Assembly: GCF_004010195.1 (NCBI RefSeq)
Contig: NC_057755.1
Location: 4,808,155 to 4,865,167 of the forward strand
Direction: 5' to 3'
Source of the DNA: Chiloscyllium plagiosum
Lineage: Eukaryota
Length of the DNA: 57,013 bases
A program made the translations under genes and the position numbers. A model generated the notes under the pieces. The model worked only from the letters and a program-made list of their open reading frames with translations, was not told the origin of the DNA and searched no databases. Positions 24,900 to 37,300 of the stretch are shown here, one piece after another (the stretch's first letter is position 1; every line of letters begins with the position of its first letter).

Positions 24900-25860
24900 T
24901 GAGTGCTCTTGGATAGATGATCCGAGGAGTGCCAGATCGAGTTTAACTTAGCTGAAAGTGAGACGTTGCATTTTGGTAAGACAAATCAAGTCAAGGTATC
25001 TGAGGAAATTTGCAGAACAGAGTCGCTGGGGGTGCAGTTTCACAGTTTCTTGAAAGTGAAGTCGCAGGTCGACAGATTAATAAGGAAGGCATTTGGTCCA
25101 CTTGCCTGAATTGGTCAGTGCATTGAATAGAGGATTTGGGAAGACATGTACCCGAGAAGCCGGACATTGGTTAGACCAGTTGTGGAATAGTGTGTTCAGT
25201 TCTGATCTCCCTGCTGCAGGAAGGATGTTGTGAAACTTCAAATGGTTCAGAAACGATTTGCAAGCATGTTTACAGGGTTGGAGTGTTTAAGCTGCAGGGA
25301 GAGGCAGAAGGGGCTGTGGCTATTTTCCCTGAAGTGTCAGAGGTTAGATGTTTATAAAATAATGGGGGGCGTGGGTATGACAATTGCCAAAGTACTTTTT
25401 TCCCATCGTCGGGAAGTCCAAAACTCGAGAACATCGGTTTAAAGTGAGAGGGGAGGGATATGAAAATGATCTTAAGGGCAACTTTTGCATGGAGAGGGTG
25501 CTGTCGGTGTGGAATGAGCTGCCAGATGAAGTCTTGGAGGCTGCTACGAAATACAATATCTAAAGGACATCAGGATGGACAGATGAACAGGAAGGTTAAA
25601 ATAAACTAGGAGAAAGTGAGGATTGCAGATTCTAGAGATCCGAGTTGACCGTGTGGTGCTGGGAAATCACAACATCCGAAGAGCAAGTGAATCGACATTT
25701 CTTTAAGAGCCCTTCTTCAGGATGAACAGTAAGGGTTCAGAAGGCCAAATGCTGGTAAATGGGACAAGGTGAATTTTGGATATCTGGTCGGCATGGACAA
25801 GTTGGACTGTGTGGTCTCTGTCCAATGTGTATATCTTTGTGCCGCTATGATTCTATGAAT
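24900..25860 (+). mobile_element. Decayed CR1 LINE 3' fragment interrupted by a short Penelope-derived insert (25598-25720)
   Basis: CR1 motifs KLQMVQKRF and DVYKIM. The insert matches 37301-37405 and is flanked by an imperfect repeat gatgaacaggaaggtt / gatgaacagtaagggtt. Confidence 0.8.
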
Positions 25861-26648
25861 ACTTTTTTTGACGAAGACTTCACTTAACTTACTGGTTGAC
25901 TAGTCTAATTCAATTTCTGCGTTGCATTTCCACATCATTAGGGCGCAAAACAAGCCTGGGCATTTTTTCCACAAATTGTAGAATTAGCCCATAGTGGCAA
26001 TTGTGGGTAAGCTTGAGTCAAGCCACGGCTGATGTTGCAAACATTATAGCCGTCTGTTTTTGGTTATTCCATGCACGGGAATAAAGTGACGGGTTGTTGG
26101 CTTTTATAGGTCAATGAAAGCTGTGAATATACGTGAAAAATCTATTGTTTCCTTTGACTAATAGCAGACACACACACAAAAAACAGCGCGATGGAATATA
26201 AAGGTTGATCAAAGTATAGGCTATTTCCTAATCGAAAGATGTCAATTAATACCAGAGAGCACACTAATCTTAGTACAGCTGCACACAGACAGATACTCAA
26301 AATAATAAAACTCGACTGCAGAAAGCTATTCAATTCCCAAAAGTGAAATTTACCAAGCTCAAATCTGCAAAATAAATGTTTTCAATAATGTCTTCAGGAG
26401 AGTTCCTGAGAGATGAGCTGTGTCCATTACAACACTACACAACATGACACGTTAGGCAGGAAATCGATGCCATAAGATAGCAGTGACTGAAAGCAACCAA
26501 CGAAATGGAATAGAATTGCAAAGACAAATTAACTCGTTTAGTCTAAAAACTAAATGCCTGGTATACAATCTGCACAGTAGGAACCAGCTTGAAATATTAT
26601 CAGGATCAGTGTAAAATTCGCAAATCTTTGATGATTATTCTCACTTAC

Positions 26649-26715
26649 CAAGCAGACCAACTACAGCAAGTATCATGTTGTACACTTTGTTGAAATCATG
26701 CATACGAAGAGCCAT
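26649..26715 (-). CDS. GPR139/GPR142-related GPCR gene 3, coding exon 1 (MALRMHDFNKVYNMILAVVGLL)
   Basis: gaaATGg, 22 codons plus 1 nt, donor G|GTAAGT. Same length and phase as gene 2 exon 1, and in frame with the exon starting at 21828. Confidence 0.88.
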
Positions 26716-26786
26716 TTCTACCTTTATATGTGTCCCTTTATGATCGCTTCATATTTAATTGTGTGGCGATAACATCCCAGTCATTA

Positions 26787-26793
26787 ATTTATA
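26787..26793 (-). promoter_or_regulatory. Putative TATA box of gene 3
   Basis: TATAAAT on the minus strand ~72 bp upstream of the ATG. Confidence 0.45.
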
Positions 26794-28229
26794 CCTTACG
26801 AAATTTCAACAGCGACATCATGATTACAACATTTGTCAACGTCATAATTTCCAGAAAACAGGAATAAACAGATTACACCAATGTGAAAAAAATTCCAATT
26901 TCTTAAAGTGACACGTTGCATTGAGACATTATTGCACAAATCAGGCAAAGTCAAAGAACAATGGAATCTCACAACAATGGTGCTGCCCACTCAAGCATGA
27001 CAGGTGTTCATATACCTATTATTGAATCTGCTACGCTCTTCATCGACAGAAACCACTCACTTGGTGCATTGTGACATTGCATGTGGTCTTGCCATTTTCT
27101 CTGTCGTAATTATGCTACACATAACTTTGGGAAAGCGATACACAACTGGAGCCAGTTAATTCAGAAAATCACGGAAATGGGATGGTGCAGCAGGAGGACG
27201 TTGGGCCCATTTTCAAAAAAAAAATGCACATTGTCATCTCATTAATGTCAACAGTGGCGTTATGTTATGAACACCATCATATAGGTGTTTGGAAATTTTG
27301 CAGAAAAGTGAAGGTGAGGGCATAACTTCATTGAAAAGCAGGTTAACACTCCTGTATTTATCTGGGAGTTCTCTTTCATTTCAGAAGTAGCATGAAGGTC
27401 AAACTGCCGAAAATTCAAGTTGCCTTCAGTGCCTGAAAATGTGGAACAATGTTGATTATATGCATCGTCAATTCTCTGAAAACCTTTATGTGTTTTCAGA
27501 TCTCTGGTCAGTCCCCATCGTCCGGATCGTCCAGGGTGCGTTTGATCTGGACTCAGATGTGGCAGAAAATTTTGGGAACAGGGTGACTCATTACAGAGTT
27601 TCATGGCTTGAGTTAGAGTCCCCAAAACTCAACATCTGAACAATTGTGGATATTCAGGGTAACAGGTTTAACAAAATCCACATGTTCTGCAAAACAATGC
27701 TAACGTGTCTAAAATATGTGATGTTCATCAAGCAAATACTTTGCCTTTGAACCCTCCATGGCAAACAGTTGCTGCGGGACAAAAAAAAAACCTGATGAGT
27801 AGTGACTGAGTGATAACACAATAACTCTGTGGTTTAAATCGCATTAACAAAGTGGAAATTCCGTTCAGGATTCTTTCATGTTCAAAAACACGAGAGGGAT
27901 GTGTTGCAGATAGTAAATCTGCAAAAAAAAAACGAATGATTTCCTCTGCATCCCTCTATGTCTGCCTCATGGTAATCAATGGGCAGTGGCCCTGGTGAAA
28001 TAATATGCTCGCTGATTATGCTAGAGAAGCTGTCAGTAAAAAGAAATGAGATCACGTTCATTATGGGCAGTGAGTTTTATGTTCAGCTGTTCTGCACGGA
28101 AATTCACTTCTCGTATTCGCAACAAAACCAAAAATCAAAACGATTGTGGAAAATTTAACAGAATCAATAGAATAACAAGGACTGATTCATCCCCAGATTT
28201 TTGATTGGAGGACTATATTGATAGGGTTC

Positions 28230-29570
28230 AAGGTTTGTTGAAGGGCTTGTAGCTCGAATGCAGGTTGTCATGGCTGTGTGCATATTCGCCGAGCTGGGAG
28301 GTTGCTTTGCAGAAATTTAGTCCCCTGACCTGGTGACGTCTTCATTGCTTTGTAGGCTCCTGTGAAACGCTGCTGTACTGTGGCTTCTGGGAGTATTTTG
28401 TTTCCGTTCCTGCTGCTTCAAGTTGCCGGTTCGAATTCTTTGTTGGTAGTTGGTATTTGTTGATTGGGTCTTTGCCGGATTGCCTTGCGACTGGGAATTC
28501 TCTAGCTGTCCTATGTTGAGCTTGTCCTGTGATCGTTGCGCTGTCCCAGTCGAATTTGTGGTCCTTGTCATGTGCATATGGCTGCGAGAGACAGCGGGTC
28601 GTGACGTATAGTTGCTAGTTGGTGTTCGTGGGTGTGGACTGCTAGTTGTCTGCCTGTTTGCCCTACGTAGTATTTCATGCAGTGCTTGCATGGAATCCTG
28701 TAAATTACGTTCGTCTTGAACATGATGGGTATACGGTCTTTTGTCCTGGTGAGTTGTCTGAGCATGGATATCTGTTTGTGGGGTGTCATAAATACGAGTG
28801 GTCAGAGAATTCTGCTTGTCATTTCATTGACCTTTTTTGTGTAAGGTAGCGTGGCTCGAGAGTTGCATCTAACCCCTCCACACTTGGTTGCCTACGAGTG
28901 GTCAGAGAATTCTGCTTGTCATTTCATTGACGTTTTTTGTGTAAGGTAGCGCGGCTCGAGAGTTAGGTTGCAGCATGCCCTGGTCTCATTGTTTGTCTGA
29001 TAGGCATCTGTAGATGAAGTTGTGCAGTTATCTGTTCTGAAGACGTTGCAGAGAGCTATTGTTCTCCTTCACTTCGTAGGTCGGGAGTGTTGCAGTGTGC
29101 TTTAGCCCTTTTAAACAGGGTCCTAGTGCAGCTTCTCTTGTGTGCGTTTGGGTGGTTGCTGTTGTAATTTAGGACCTGGTCGGTGTGTGCAACTTTCCTG
29201 TACATTGTTGTGGCGCATTCCTCCTTCTGTGTTCTTTTCGCCATCACATTGCTGGGTTATGTCTCTCGAGTAAATCTGATCCATGTGAGCATGGTGTTGA
29301 AAACCTGGTGTGTACCGAGATGTGTGAGCCGGTAGGTGCTCCATCAATCTGTTCACATAGTTAGCTGTTGAATGTGAAGTATGTCATCAATCAGGTGTAG
29401 TAGTTTGAGTCCTTGTTGAAACGTTCCCCGCTGTTCTGCCTGTCCATGAGCTTGGCTATCGTCTCCCTGGTTAGAGTTTTGTCAATTGAAATGAACAGTG
29501 CCATTACATCGAATGAGACTATTGCTTCGCCCTCCTCTGTGTTTATACTCTTGATGCTGCCTAGGATTAA
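28230..29570 (-). mobile_element. Decayed Penelope-like (Poseidon-type) element, RT and GIY-YIG remnants
   Basis: VSFDVMALFISI, YRKVAHTDQVLNYNSNHP and NVIYRIPCKHCMKYYVGQTGR. The 3' end resembles 22489-22700. Confidence 0.88.
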
Positions 29571-29824
29571 TAAGGTTGAGAAAGGTCTTTTTTTTTCAAA
29601 CATGGACATATGAATGGTACATTGGAAAATTCGCAAACATGAAATAGCCAAACAAATCTAAGCTCTTGGAAATGTGGATGGAATGGTAAAGTCAGTCTGT
29701 TCGGAAAGGAAATTGCACGGTGGTCTTCACACAAATAGCAGTCGACTTGTGTACTTTCGTAAGTTGTTGCATTCAGCCAATTCGGACTGGGTCATTGCTT
29801 TCTTCTCTGGAGCACCAAAGGTTG

Positions 29825-30175
29825 ATAGAACATAGAACATAGAAAAGTACAACACAGAACAGGCGCTTAGGCCTACGATGTTGTGCCGAGACTTAATCCT
29901 GATGTAAAGTATAGTAACTTCACCGTCGCACCCCTCAACTCACTGCTGTCCATGTGCATGTCCAGCAGTCGCTGAAATGTCCCCAATGACGTCTCTTACA
30001 CCACCTCAACTGGTAATGCATTCCATGCATTCATAACCCTCTGCGTAAAGAACCTACCTCTGATGTCTCCTTTATACCTTCCTCCTAATATCTTCAAACT
30101 CTGACTTCTCGTACCAGTCCATCCTGCCCTGGGGAATGACCTGTGTCTATTGGCGCTGTCTATTCCTCTCATTTT
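29825..30175 (-). mobile_element. CR1 LINE 3' end with (TTCTATG)n-type tail
   Basis: 'tagaacatagaacatagaa' tail and FFTQRVMNAWNALP on the minus strand. Confidence 0.8.
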
Positions 30176-30199
30176 TTTTTTGTACGCCTGACCTAATGT

Positions 30200-30560
30200 G
30201 CGATTTTATCAAGTATTACAAAATCCTGAAGGGGTAGATGTGTTGAATAGTCAAGGTATTTCTCCCAGGTAAGAAAACTTCACAATGAGAGGGCCTAAAC
30301 TAAAGGAGAGAGGGAGGAAAGATTTAAAAGGGTACGAAGGAGCAGACATTTTCATGCAGAGGGCGGTGAGTTTATGGAATGAACTAGCAGAGAATGTGAT
30401 GGAGGTAACTATAATTAGGATTGTTAAATAGACATCTGACTGTTTCCATCAATAGGAAGTGTGGAGAGAGCTATGAACCAAATGCTGTCAAGTGAGACTA
30501 TATCAGTTTATGTTTGGCCTGCACGGGCGAGTTGAGACGAAGTGTCTGTTTCTGTTCTGC
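30200..30560 (+). mobile_element. Old CR1 3' fragment
   Basis: FMQRAVSLWNEL motif; paralogous to 56449-56686. Confidence 0.7.
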
Positions 30561-33500
30561 GTGACTCAAGGTCAGTTCAAGAATATGATAGCAGCAGCAA
30601 AGAAGCTGTTCTTGAATCTGATAGCACGTATGCACAAGCCTTTGCACCTTCTACCCAACAGAAAAAGTTGGAAAATTGTATAACCGTGGAGGGAGGAGAC
30701 TTTGTGATGTGGCTTTTGGAAATATATTGCCATTCCTTCACTGTCATTAGGTCAAAACTGTAGAAATACCACCTCATTGCATTTTTAACCCATCTACTGC
30801 ACATGAGATGCTGTGGTTCAAGAAGGAAACACCACATTTTCAAGCACAGCTATGGATTGGCAATAAATGTTGGTCCAGTCAGCGATGCCCACGTTCCACG
30901 AAATAATTTATGAAGAAAAGACTTTTGCAACTAATGAATGAATCATTTGATGAGTTACAAACACACATTTCCCCGAAAGAAAGACAAGTTGGTTGAAAGG
31001 ATATTTGCAAGAAGATAAATATCTTGTATCCGTCACGTGGTGGGAAATAGTTCCAATTAGTACTTAGAGAAGGAAATGTCAGTGTTAGTCTGAAGACCCC
31101 TTGCAGATTAAAAGACAAAAGGTCATAGCTTTCATTGGAAACGAGAATGTGAGGAGTGCAGCTGCTGGAAAGTCAGAGTCAAATGTGGCAGTGGAAAAGC
31201 ACAGCAGGCCAGCCAGCATGCGAGGAGCAGAAGAGTCGACGTTTTGGGGATAAACACTTCCTCAGTCCTTCATTCCTTTTATTGGTATCAGTAATTTAAT
31301 TGGAGGTTGCTTCCGAATTTTACAGATGTTGTGGTTCCCTTGACAGACTTGTTGTTGAAAAAAAAATGAAACAGCATTTGAATGACAAATTTCCAAGTGC
31401 CTCAGACAACTGGACCTCTGACAACATTATGTAGCTGCCGTTCACAGGTTGATTTCTATTAACTCGTTTAAATTTATAACTGGTGGCTATCATGTTGGCT
31501 TTGGTGAATTATTATGACAGTAGGACAAGAGGGGGACTGAATAGCTGACCTTTTTATTTCAGGAGAACTGAAGGGATGCTATCCGAATTTGAACGTTGGG
31601 AGAAAGGATGCTTTGGGTTTCATAATCGCTGTTCAACGTTGTGTTACCATCTCAGCACCTCGGCAAGCAGCACCACTTGTATGGATCGTAACCTTTCTGG
31701 CTTCTTAGAGAGGTTTCACATTACAAATCAGGGATTCTTCCATTATTTTACAAATCCAACCGTGCAATTTGAATTTCATTCAGCAACAGGAAATGAAAAT
31801 ATCACAGTGAATCTTTATCAACAACAAGCATAGATGAAATGGAATATCAATCTCAGAATGGGCCTCTTGGTAACACGATTGCAATAATGATCACCTTAAG
31901 GTGATAAGAACCGTGATAACCTATTGTAGTTGCAAACACAAGTGAGTTTTGCATTGGTCACATGGTCACAGGCGGGTTAAAGTGGACTTGTTCTTGACTG
32001 ATGCTCAAAGATGATCAAATCAGCTGGTGGGAGGTGGGCACGTGTCCAAGCAAGCTAATAAAATGCGAAGGCCAGTCGGCCAAGTTCGTTATCTTGATCA
32101 AACGATGCCAAGCAGACTTCTGCCAGATGGATACTGTCAAACAGGAGGGGAGATGGTCATGGGTACTGTAAGCAAGACCCTCTGTGCAACTTGTACAATG
32201 GAGCAGCATGTTGTGCAGCAAAAGCGTCATACGGAAATGTAGGAGCTCAAGAACTGCTGGGTGTGAGATAATGAGGATTTAAATCTGGATTTATGGTGTT
32301 GGAAGGAGCAACTATTTAATGCATGCTGCTACAAACTAAAAAATGGCTTCCTAATGCAACTAACATAAAATAGCAAAACAAAGTGATTTCTAGGAGCAAT
32401 GGCATCTAACTTTGCTGAAAAGTGCATACTTAAACTAATTGAAATAGATTAGCAAACAATGCCCTGTTCATAGTATGAATTAACTAAGTAAGATGTGACA
32501 TTATTAAAGTATCCTAACTGACCTTGGAAACCAGGTGTCCCGGAGTTAAACAAGTGCAAAACAAGTCAATTCCCAGGAAATGCCATTGGCTTAATTTTAT
32601 GATTATTTGCCATATCATTTCATTTTATAGGATGAATTTTGCAATTAGGGCTGTTCGGTTTGTTAAGAGACCTATGAAAGTTGTCTGTGTTTTAAGATTG
32701 TATGCAGCCTTTCCAGAGTGCACAGAGGTGCTCAGCCCGTGCATTGCTGGGTAACCTATGTCGGGCGTCATAACAAATTGCTAAAACCTGTTAAAAAATA
32801 GACGGAGCTGCTTCTGCTTATTTGACCAATCGCGGAACCGAAAGGCCCCTCTCCAGATTTACAATGGTGGAAATTTCAAACTTCGTCATTTCAAACTTGG
32901 GATTCCCGGAAATAAGTGTCTGTGGGTGTCAAAACTCTCAATGGCTTTCAAATAAAAGAAAAAAAATACACCGGCAGAGAACAATGTCACAGCAGTTTAT
33001 TTTTACATTATTACTAAATAGAACACTGACCATAATTTCTACTGTTACACTTACTTTGTTTTGCCCTTTAATGACACGTTGATAAGGAACTAATCTGACA
33101 AGGTGATAATAGGAATGTTGGAGGAGCCAATATTCCTCACGTTCACCATCCTGACCTGCACGTCGTGCCCCCACATTCATTCCAACAAAATCTCAACTCC
33201 ATTACAACTTAAGTGTTGTTGAACAGCTCCTCACTTGGGGTCACGTAGAAATTTGAAACCCAGGGTGGAAACGCTGTGTCACAGTCGGCTCACTTTCAGA
33301 CGTTTTCATTCATTGTGTAAATTATGCCATTGGAGATTTCAGCGCATGCTTGACTTTGGTGCCTGAACTTGGACTGAGTTGCTGTGTAAATTCATGAGTT
33401 TGTTCAGAAACTCAACCCCCTCAAGCCATGTTTCTAAATTCTTCAAATATTATTTCGGAATTCGTGTAGTCTAGTCCTCGAATGATATAATTGAAGACAA

Positions 33501-33849
33501 CTATAAAAATGATCCATCACAGAAGGGTCAATCTGAGTTATATTTCAGTGGGTCACTGACTGAATACAAGTCTAAACAATACGTACTTTCAATCTAACCA
33601 TCAGAGAGGGAGACAGACTGATGTTAGGTCTGATAGAGGCAGGCTGAAGACTGGCGGTAGGTATGACAATGTGAGAGAGAGAGAGAGCACCGTTGCTAAA
33701 CAAAAATGTTGGGGGATCACTTTCAACTCAAGACAACAGCGAGGGAAACAAAGAGAGAAAGAGACTGGGATTTTTATTCCTCACGTTTTAATTCATTCAT
33801 TCAAACTTCTGTCTCGGAGAAAGTGTGTAACATTGCAGGTCGACCTCAT

Positions 33850-33982
33850 CAAACACACACACACACACAGAAAAGCCTACATAAAAACACACAAAGATAC
33901 AGGGGCACACCACACACACAGCAACGTAAACACAGATGAACAGCGAGACAGAGAGAGAGAAACGCACACAGACACATATACA
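33850..33982. repeat. Degenerate (CA)/(GA) microsatellites
   Basis: Directly visible. Confidence 0.75.
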
Positions 33983-35100
33983 GTATATGTTCCTATTCTA
34001 ATATCAGTGAATATGAGAAAAAGAATCACATTATTTGAATAAAGATTTCGTTAGTGTAATCTATGTTCTTTCTGAGACTTGAATCCTGGACTCTCAGGTT
34101 AAAAATGATGAGACTTAAGACTGAATTAGGAAAAACTAAGACACTATTTGCGACTGAGATTGAATTACATCCGAAAGATGATATTCAGGTGTTGAACCGA
34201 GAAAAGCACACTAAATCAAATTGGAAATGACAGGCTAAACATTTTGAAGAATAAACCAAAAGGAGGTGATGGAAGAAGAATGACAAGAGAGCAAATAAAG
34301 TGACAAAATGTGCAATGTGCAAACTCAAGACTTTTTTTTATTTGCTTTGCCTTGAAAAACATATTGTCCTTCTTCGACATCCACCTGCATATGTCCATCC
34401 CAAACTCAAGCTGTCTTTCCCACCCAGTTCCTGAAGGAAACATGAACCGCTTGGCAAAGACTTGGCTTTGTTTTTGAGTTTTGCTGTGAGCTGACATGGA
34501 GACCCTCTGTCCACGATATGTCCTGAGTGAAGCTGTGGAATTGCCTGCACTCAAATAGTATTCCCCAGCGCAGTTGTTGTTGCGAGGGTGTCTACGTGCA
34601 TCGACATACCCTGCCAATCATTTGCTCCACTTGCTGCATTTCCAGATGACATAGCCAATTGAAGTGCCTGTTTGAAGTCCAGTGTGGCTTCAGTGAGGAA
34701 GTGCTTTTGCAAGGTTATTTAATTAATCCCAGTGCCACAGATGCCACTATCCCATCTCCGAATGATCCTTCATTTACGCCTGAAAAGCCTTTGATATTGT
34801 CCCAGCTTCTTCAGACCAAGCTCTGAATGAACAGAACTCTGACGCTGCCATTTATATTAGTCAGCCGGGACACCCTGATTGGATCAGGTTAACAGCTCCA
34901 AACACAGAAGTCATCTTCTGAAATTGACCTGGCTTACCTTATTACAATCATGGCACCAACTAGATTCCAGTTGGCGTCTAACCCCTCCTCACTTGGCTCT
35001 CTAAATGCCTGCCACCTTGCACCCCTACTAACCTGGTGTCCCACCTCATTCCTCCTTTGTCAAATTATTCTTACAGCACTGACAAATCTTCCTTTCTGCA

Positions 35101-35317
35101 TACCACAAAGCTGGTTTCTAATTTCTAAAATCTGTTCCTTTTCCTAAGGATGTTATTTCCTTTTCTTTTTCCAGAGGTATCGTAAAGGGTACAGGTGCTG
35201 GTTAGACTGCTTTGGTACAGAGGTCAAAGGGTACTGAGAGGCCTTTTTGTTTTTAATGTAAGCAGACAAGACTTCACGTCAGAGTGGTCATGTTTTAGAG
35301 GTGATCTGTATAATGAC
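35101..35317 (+). mobile_element. First part of a Gypsy 5' LTR, split by a CR1 insertion
   Basis: Aligns with 1065-1290 ('ggtacagag..aagggtactg..gttttaga..tgtataatga'); the LTR resumes at ~40448. Confidence 0.8.
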
Positions 35318-35674
35318 ATTTTTACAGAGTGGCAAGCAGTGAAGGTGGAGTGAAGCGAGGGCTGCCCGGAAGGGTAAGTTTTCCCACTTAAAAAGGGACT
35401 TACCACGTGAATCGGGCATCCATTTTGACAGAGGGACGAGGAGAGAAGGTGGAGTGAAGCTCGGGCTGCCCGGATGTTAAGAGCTTAATTTATATTTGGG
35501 CAGTGGCTAAACCCGAGATACTACACATGTAGTGTCTCCCCCCCCGCCCCCCTTCCTCCAACCAGAAGAAAAAGACTCTGTAAGATAAGGCTTTTATAAT
35601 TTCTTTATCTATATGTTTCATATATTTAAGTGAACTGTTTGGTTTTAGTTCGTTCATATAAAGCTAAGCTTATA

Positions 35675-36614
35675 ATGGCAGGGCACCTCAGACCCGTGGC
35701 ATGTGCCTCTTGCTTGATGTGGGATCTTAGGAACCTGTCTGACATTCCTGACTCTAATACTTGCAGGACGTGTGTCCAGCTGCAGCTGTTGTTTGACCAC
35801 ATGATGGTTCTGGAGCTGCGGATGGACTCACTGTGGAGCATCCGCAATACTGAGGTGGTCGTGGATAGCACGGTTAGTGAACTGGTCACACCGCAGGTTA
35901 GAATTGCTGAGGGAGACAGTCAATGGGTGACCAAAAGACAGAGAAAGAATAGGAAGGCAGTGCAGGTGTCCCCTGCGGTCATCTCCCTCCAAAACAGGTA
36001 TACCATTATGGATACTGTTGGGGGAGATGGCTCACCAGGAGAGGGCAGCAGTTGCCAGGATCATGGCATCGTGGCGGGCACTGCTGTTCAGAAGGGCGGG
36101 GAAAAACACTCGTAGGGCCACATTCATAGGGGATTCTATTGTGAGGGGAGTAGATCGGTGGTTCTGTGGCCGAAAACGGGACTCCCGGATGGTATGTTGC
36201 CTCCCAGGTGCTCAGGTCAGGGATGTCACCGATCGGCTGCAGAGCATTCTGAAAGGGAACGGTGAACAGCCAGTTGTATTGGTGCATATAGGCACCAACG
36301 ATATAAGTAGAAAACGAGTTGATGGCTTGAAAGAAGAATTCAGTGAGCTTGGAGAGAAGTTAAAGAGGAGGACCTCAAAGGTAGTGATCTTGGGATTATT
36401 ACCAGTGCCATGTGCTAATGACAAAAAAATAGGCAGGATGAACACGTTGCTTGAGAGATGGTGGAGAAGGGAGGGGTTCAGATTTATTGGACATTGGGAC
36501 CGGTTCTGGGGAAGGTGGGACTATTACAAAATGGGTGGCCTACATCTGAAACAGACCGGAACCAATGTTCTTGGGGGAGTTTTTGCGATTGCTGTTGGGG
36601 AGGTTTTAAACTGA
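35675..36614 (+). pseudogene. CR1 ORF1: Cys zinc finger, leucine zipper and SGNH/GDSL esterase, frameshifted near 36110
   Basis: CASC..CRTC, IGDSIVRG, CLPGA, VHIGTND and GLHL (the block V Asp appears changed to Gly). Confidence 0.88.
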
Positions 36615-37300
36615 TGTGGCAGGGGGCTGGGAACCAGAAGAGAAAACAAGTAGGCAGTGAGGTGGAGACTGTAAAACTATGAAGATAGCATTAATAAAGG
36701 GAAGAGTAGCAGAGAGGAGATGACCGCAAAAAAACAAAACAAAACTGGTGGCCTGAAATACATCTACTTTACTGTGAGGAGTATAGTGTGTAAAACGGAT
36801 GAACTTAGGGCTTGGATTGGTGCCTGGGAGTATGACGTTATTTCAATCACAGAGACTTGGTTGAAGGAAGGGCATGATGATTGGTAATTAAATGTTCCAG
36901 GATATAGACGCTTCAGACAGGACAGGGAGGGAAGTAAAAGGGGGTGGAGTTGCATTGTTGGTCAGGGATGATATCATGGCTGTGCTTAAGGAGGTCACTA
37001 TGGAGGTCATGGGTAGTGAGGCATTATGGGTGAAGCTGAGAAGTAAGAAGGGTGCAGTAACACTGTTGGGGCTGTATTACAGACCTCCCAACAGTGAGCG
37101 TGAGGTAGAAGAACAAATAGGTAAACAGATTATGGAAAGATGTAGAGGCAATAGGGTAGTGGTGTTAGGAGATTTTAATTTTCCCAATATTGGCTGGGAT
37201 ACACTTAACGTCGGAGGTCTGGTTGGGGTAGAATTTGTTAGAAGCGTCCAGAAGAACTTTCTAGAACAGTATGCCAATAGTCTGACGAGGGAAAGGGCCA

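Noticed and set aside
27490..27665. Possible + strand exon (ttttcag acceptor, downstream GT donors), with a similar acceptor at ~31562
   Set aside because: No recognisable protein and no partner exons; splice-like motifs alone are insufficient.
28793..28964. Repeat-spacer-repeat resembling a CRISPR unit
   Set aside because: Only two 72-bp copies, inside a retroelement in vertebrate DNA, with no cas genes.
31990..32270. Possible RTE-like LINE remnant
   Set aside because: Too degenerate for me to recover convincing motifs.
36018..36614. Host SGNH esterase gene
   Set aside because: It is CR1 ORF1: frameshifted and directly followed by endonuclease/RT.
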